Under the pieces are notes generated by a model. It ran no database searches. It was not told the origin of the DNA and worked only from the letters and a program-made list of their open reading frames with translations. From IMG/VR virus record IMGVR_UViG_3300033148_008370, positions 1 through 55,574 of that record: a DNA stretch of 55,574 bases. One strand, given 5' to 3'. Made by a program: the position numbers and the translations under genes. Source of the DNA: a virus (lineage: Duplodnaviria > Caudoviricetes). Position 1 is the stretch's first letter. Every line of letters begins with the position of its first letter. Of this stretch, positions 51,100 through 55,574 are shown piece by piece.

Positions 51100-51189
51100 T
51101 TTGTGTGTTGTTGGGAGGGAAGATTTTCATCTCTTCCCTCTCAAAATTTTTCTGACTATGGGTGATTCACTGTCATTGAGAAGGAGAAA

Positions 51190-54006
51190 ATGATGAAAAA
51201 GAGCTTTCTGGTGTTTTCAGATTTACATGTGAAAAATGATAACTTGGATGAATGTATTTCTGTTTTGAATCAGATTGAAGAATGTTCTTCAGAGAATGAT
51301 ACTGACAAGATATTCTTTCTTGGTGATTTATATGAGAAGAAGAGATATGTAGATTTAAATATTTTCAATAGGGTATATTCTGAGCTTTATAAATTATCCG
51401 AATGCTGTAATAGATTATACTTAATGGTTGGAAATCATGATAGGTCATTAGAGAATAGCGAACACTGTATGTCAAGCATGTTTCCGTTTTCAGAAATAAT
51501 CTCTGATTTTAGTATCATATATGATAAAGATAATAAGATAGAATTTCATTGTGTGCCTTATTTGACTGGAGGATTGATGAAGTCAGGTTTTAAGGTAGAA
51601 CCAACACATAGAGATTATAGACAAATATTATTTTTTCATGGGAGTTATAGTGGTTTGAGAATTAATAATCATAGTCTTTCATCTGATTTTACAAAAGAGG
51701 AGATGAATTTACATTTCTATGACTTAGTCATGGGAGGGCATATCCACAAGAGAATGCAGTTTGATAAGAATGCTCTTTATGTTGGTTCACCTCTTCATAA
51801 AGATTTTTCTGACTGTGGAGAGGATAAGGGATTTTACACTGTGGATTATGAGACTTTAACTCCTATTTTTCACAAGTTAGAATATCCAGAATTCATTAAG
51901 ATAGTTACAAAGAGAGACATAAAGGAATACAGAGATAAACTTAGGAATAGTCATATTTGGTTATTTCTTGATGGTGATGAAATCCATAATAAGCTTAAGA
52001 AAATTGCAAAGTCAGTTAGATATACTCCTATAATTGAAGAGAGGGAGAAGGAGGAATATAATGATATTCTCAATATTGAATTAGCTTTGGTATCATATTT
52101 GAAGGAGAAGAATGAAGATGTAGAGAAAAGGTTGTTTCAGTATAAGGATAGATGGGGTAAATTCTCTTCAGTTCATAAAGATGTTAAGATAGGAATGTTG
52201 AGAGCCAAGAATTTTCTTTCATATAAGGATTTGGAGTGGGATTTCAGTATTCTTACTGATTCACCCATAGGTATATTTGGTAAGAATGGGGCAGGAAAAT
52301 CTTCTTTTGTAGAATCTATAGTATGGGGTATATATGGTTCTACTATAAGAAATGCTTCAGCTGACAGTGTTGTTAATAGGAAATTCAAAAATAATTGCCA
52401 TGTTAATATTGTTTTTCAGAGTGGTAGTAAGAATATAGAGATTAACAGATATAGAAAACATGAAAAGGAGAAGAATAATTTAAACATAAGTGAGGGTAAA
52501 GGTTCAGAAAAGAGATTGACTCAGATCTATATAAATAATTTGTTATGTCCTTTATCTCATTTTAAGACTTTGATTACTATGGGAAGTGGTTCAGTTCCAA
52601 TTATGAGACTTAAACCATCTGATAGAAAGTCTGTTATAGAAAATGTAATAGGGATGAACTGGATAGAGGAAGAATATAAAAGTATAAAGAAGGAGCTGAG
52701 CAAGAGGGAACAAGAATACATGAAGATAAGTATGGGTTTGGAGAATGTCAAGGATAGATACCAAGATTTACAAAATGAATTATTAAAAGTAGATGAATTA
52801 TGTAAACAAGCTGAAGATGAGAAGAGAGAGAAGAGAGAAGAAATAGAGAGAAGAATAGATGAGATAGGTATTATAGCTTCTAATATGCATTCTAAGTTAG
52901 TTGAAAGAGAGAAGATAGTAAATAGTATAGAAGAGAAACTATTGCTTAATTCTAAGGTGATTTCTGAAATTACAGAGAAGAAGGATAATTCATTGAGAAT
53001 GATTGAGAAGGAGAGAATCCAGTTAAGAAATGAAATTAGACAAATGGAAAGTGAGATAAGGAAGTGGAAGAAGAAAATTAAGAATGATAACTCTGAAGTT
53101 TCAGTCTGTGATTTCTGTTTATCCAAATATAATCCTAAAGATGTTAATAGGAAAATAGAGAAGATAATATCAGAGAAGGAAGATGAATTAAAGAGAGTAA
53201 AGAATATAATAAAGAAGAAAGATGAGGAAGCTGATAAAATCAGAGTAAAATATTCTGAAAGACATGAAATGTATGTTAAGGAGAGAGAAATTCTTGAGAA
53301 AGAACTTTCTAATGTTGGGATCACAGAACTCAAGATGAAAATAGAAAGACTGTTGGGTGAGAGAGATCAGTTGGAGAGAGAACTGAATTCTATTGAGTCT
53401 GAAAATAAATGGAAAAAGTATTATAATGAACTAAGAGATAAAATTTCAAGTCTTGAGGAAGAGATGAGAATGTCAGAAAAGGAAGAAAGAAATTGTAAGA
53501 GAAAGCTGGATTACTGTAAATTCTGGAAGGAAGCATTCAGTCTTTCAGGCTTCAGGAAAAATCTTATAAGAATTGTTCTCCCATTCTTAGAAAGAAAAAT
53601 CAATAATTACCTTTCTCAATGGAACCTGAAATGTAAAATAACTATGAAAGGAAAAAGAGAAGATATAAATATATCTCTTATAGAAGAAAATAAGAATGTA
53701 GAATATAGTCTGTATTCTGGTGGAGAGAGAAATAGAATTGACTGTGCAATTCTGTTTTCGCTTTACGAAATTGCTTCCATGTTGACCATGAAAATAAATG
53801 TGCTGATTTTAGATGAAGTTCTCACTGGTCTGGACGAGGAAGGTGCTTCAGATGTGTATAAGATGACAAAAGATTTCATGAATAGAATAAAAATACAAGT
53901 CTATATGATTACTCATAATGTTCACATGCAATCTCTGTTTGAGAAGTATATTAGAGTAAAGAATGAAAAAGATTTTTCCCAGATTTACCCAGTAATTAGC
54001 TCATAG
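51190..54006 (+). CDS. SbcD-SbcC (Mre11-Rad50-like) fusion
   Basis: SDLH, GD, GNHD, GHIH; then NFLSY, GKNGAGKS, hook CDFC, SGGE, LDE, TH. Confidence 0.9.
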   Translation: MMKKSFLVFSDLHVKNDNLDECISVLNQIEECSSENDTDKIFFLGDLYEKKRYVDLNIFNRVYSELYKLSECCNRLYLMVGNHDRSLENSEHCMSSMFPFSEIISDFSIIYDKDNKIEFHCVPYLTGGLMKSGFKVEPTHRDYRQILFFHGSYSGLRINNHSLSSDFTKEEMNLHFYDLVMGGHIHKRMQFDKNALYVGSPLHKDFSDCGEDKGFYTVDYETLTPIFHKLEYPEFIKIVTKRDIKEYRDKLRNSHIWLFLDGDEIHNKLKKIAKSVRYTPIIEEREKEEYNDILNIELALVSYLKEKNEDVEKRLFQYKDRWGKFSSVHKDVKIGMLRAKNFLSYKDLEWDFSILTDSPIGIFGKNGAGKSSFVESIVWGIYGSTIRNASADSVVNRKFKNNCHVNIVFQSGSKNIEINRYRKHEKEKNNLNISEGKGSEKRLTQIYINNLLCPLSHFKTLITMGSGSVPIMRLKPSDRKSVIENVIGMNWIEEEYKSIKKELSKREQEYMKISMGLENVKDRYQDLQNELLKVDELCKQAEDEKREKREEIERRIDEIGIIASNMHSKLVEREKIVNSIEEKLLLNSKVISEITEKKDNSLRMIEKERIQLRNEIRQMESEIRKWKKKIKNDNSEVSVCDFCLSKYNPKDVNRKIEKIISEKEDELKRVKNIIKKKDEEADKIRVKYSERHEMYVKEREILEKELSNVGITELKMKIERLLGERDQLERELNSIESENKWKKYYNELRDKISSLEEEMRMSEKEERNCKRKLDYCKFWKEAFSLSGFRKNLIRIVLPFLERKINNYLSQWNLKCKITMKGKREDINISLIEENKNVEYSLYSGGERNRIDCAILFSLYEIASMLTMKINVLILDEVLTGLDEEGASDVYKMTKDFMNRIKIQVYMITHNVHMQSLFEKYIRVKNEKDFSQIYPVISS

Positions 54007-54085
54007 AACACAGTTTACATAGTAAGATGTATTCTGTATCATAAAAATAAAATGATGTGTGTCTATGGGCTTATAATTGTGTGAG
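53999..54085. repeat. 87-bp element, inverted partner of 38044-38130
   Basis: See 38044; overlaps the sbcDC stop codon. Confidence 0.92.
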
Positions 54086-54096
54086 GAGTGATAATA

Positions 54097-54315
54097 ATGA
54101 AGAAAACAATATACATTATTCCCGAAGAATGTTATGACAATGGCAGTGATATGTTCAAGGATAAAGTTGATGTTCTTTCAGTTGATGGGAAGATTATTAT
54201 GATCCCTTTTAATGGAACTGAGGAAGAATGCATTAGTTTTGTGAGAGGGAAGCTGAATGATGATGTGCTTGATTATATTGATAAGAATTTTCATTTTGAG
54301 GTGACATATAAATGA
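54097..54315 (+). CDS. Hypothetical protein
   Basis: SD GAGGAG before ATG 54097. Confidence 0.6.
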   Translation: MKKTIYIIPEECYDNGSDMFKDKVDVLSVDGKIIMIPFNGTEEECISFVRGKLNDDVLDYIDKNFHFEVTYK

Positions 54316-54797
54316 TACATATAATTGGGATAGATGTTGGTCTTCATGGTGCAATTGCTTCTATGACTTTATCAGGTGAAGATGTAGAAGTAATAGATAT
54401 GCCCATATATAAGGTCAAGAGAGGAAAGAGAAAGAAGAATCATTATGATATATCAAGGATTGTCAGGATTTTGATAGACAAGAATCCAGAATTTGCAGTG
54501 CTTGAGAAACAACAAGCAATGCCCAAACAAGGTATTGTCTCGATGTTTAATATTGGGTATGGGTTTGGTCTATTTGAAGGAATTCTCTCAGCACTTGCTA
54601 TCCCGTATGAAGTAGTTCATCCCAAAAAATGGCAAAAAGAGTTTGGTATTAGAAAGGGTAATACTAAAGCTCAGTCTTATGAGATAGCTTCTAAGCTCTT
54701 TCCTGATGTTGAGATTAAAGGGAAGAGAGGGGGAATGAAAGATGGAAGAACTGATGCTCTTTTAATTGCTGAGTTTGGAAGAAGATTAAAAAAATAA
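54312..54797 (+). CDS. RuvC-like Holliday junction resolvase
   Basis: IGIDVG, VLEK, P..WQK, DGRTDALLIA. Confidence 0.85.
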   Translation: MIHIIGIDVGLHGAIASMTLSGEDVEVIDMPIYKVKRGKRKKNHYDISRIVRILIDKNPEFAVLEKQQAMPKQGIVSMFNIGYGFGLFEGILSALAIPYEVVHPKKWQKEFGIRKGNTKAQSYEIASKLFPDVEIKGKRGGMKDGRTDALLIAEFGRRLKK

Positions 54798-54799
54798 TT

Positions 54800-54836
54800 T
54801 TCATTTTCTTTACTTGGAGTAATGTTAGATTATAAT
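54800..54836 (+). promoter_or_regulatory. Conserved phage promoter copy 3
   Basis: TTCATTTTC-TTTACT-16 nt-TATAAT. Confidence 0.7.
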
Positions 54837-54883
54837 AGAATTAGTTCTAAGGAAGAAAAAAAATATTTCAAGGAGGAGAAAAA

Positions 54884-55255
54884 ATGACAGAATTAGAGAA
54901 GGAAATCAGAGAGTTGGAGGAGGAGAATGCCAACCTCCAAGAGGAGAACAAGGAGTTGAATAATGAGCTTGCTCAGTTGGATGATGAAGTTGACAGACTC
55001 AAAGATGAGATCCACCAATTGATGGGTGAGCTCAAGGAAGCTGAGGAGGAGAAGGAGAGTCTGGAGAAAGAGCTGGAGAAAGAATATGCATATCTTTCTC
55101 AGGTGATTTCAGATTATGATGAGAAGCTTGAGGAGGCTGAAGAAAAGATTCAAGAATATGATAATGCACTAACTGAGATTGCTGATGTCCTTCAGGATGG
55201 AGAAGATACTGAAGATATCATTTCTATTCTGAGAAATGTAGGTTTTTTAAAATAA
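54884..55255 (+). CDS. Acidic coiled-coil early protein
   Basis: SD AAGGAGG; heptad Glu-rich. Confidence 0.7.
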   Translation: MTELEKEIRELEEENANLQEENKELNNELAQLDDEVDRLKDEIHQLMGELKEAEEEKESLEKELEKEYAYLSQVISDYDEKLEEAEEKIQEYDNALTEIADVLQDGEDTEDIISILRNVGFLK

Positions 55256-55273
55256 GAAAGGAGGAGAAGAAAA

Positions 55274-55540
55274 ATGGTGAAAAGCAAAGAAGATTTTCTG
55301 AAAGAGGTTAAGGATGCTCTTGTCCCCTATGAAGATGAGATCTTTTACATCTGGCTTGATGATGATGAAGATGACTCTGATGGAGTCAAGTTTGTAGGTC
55401 TTGATGACAATACATTTGCATTCAGAGTTGAGACTTACTCACTTAATGGGGACTGGAAGTTATTAGATGAGAGAGATTATTCAGATTGTGATGAACTATT
55501 TTCTGAAGTTAAGAAAGAAATTGAAAAATATCTTTTTTAA
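55274..55540 (+). CDS. Small acidic early protein
   Basis: SD AAGGAGG; 88 aa. Confidence 0.7.
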   Translation: MVKSKEDFLKEVKDALVPYEDEIFYIWLDDDEDDSDGVKFVGLDDNTFAFRVETYSLNGDWKLLDERDYSDCDELFSEVKKEIEKYLF

Positions 55541-55574
55541 TGCTTATTGAGGGAAGGGATCTTCTCTTCCCTTC

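Larger units (their letters stand above)
20196..55574 (+). repeat. Dispersed GGGAAGGG...CTTCCC hairpin family (20196-20220, 38979-39005, 47326-47355, 51113-51142, 55549-55574)
   Basis: Related purine/pyrimidine stems just after stop codons. Confidence 0.75.

Noticed and set aside
3146-53333. Minus-strand and nested ORFs in the track (e.g. 24644, 34707, 41803, 52557)
   Set aside because: Shadows of purine-rich + strand genes; Phe/Ser/Leu-rich, no SD or motifs

Overview
A low-GC, strongly purine-skewed, visibly CpG-poor segment of a tailed dsDNA bacteriophage (siphovirus-like, Mu-like portal and protease). Nearly all genes are on the + strand. AGR/ATA-rich codons and Lys/Glu-rich proteins hint at an anaerobic or thermophilic host (inference). 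Gene order: 3' end of one tnpB copy; metallophosphoesterase (- strand); terS, a second intact solo tnpB, terL; portal, protease/scaffold, cement, major capsid, connector; an 8-gene sugar-modification cassette inside the head-tail operon; tail completion, major tail, -1 frameshifted chaperones, tape measure, hub and fibre genes; then an early/replication arm (DnaB, sigma-like factor, flavoprotein, ThyX-1, DnaE with two tandem mini-inteins and a C-terminal family-4 UDG, UvsY-like, gp32-like SSB, RecA, ThyX-2, endolysin, dUTPase, holin-like pair, SbcD-SbcC fusion, RuvC-like). No integrase, primase, tRNA, RT or CRISPR array was seen, and the genome is incomplete at both ends. Best leads: (1) a TnpB whose covarying omegaRNA end supplies the terL start codon and a candidate SD, and whose guide is the start of terL; (2) the late-operon glycosylation cassette; (3) an 87-bp inverted repeat pair bracketing the 16-kb replication arm; (4) the DnaE-UDG fusion with two divergent ThyX genes. 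Several single-base frameshifts look like sequencing errors. All calls are by eye from motifs; no database search was run.
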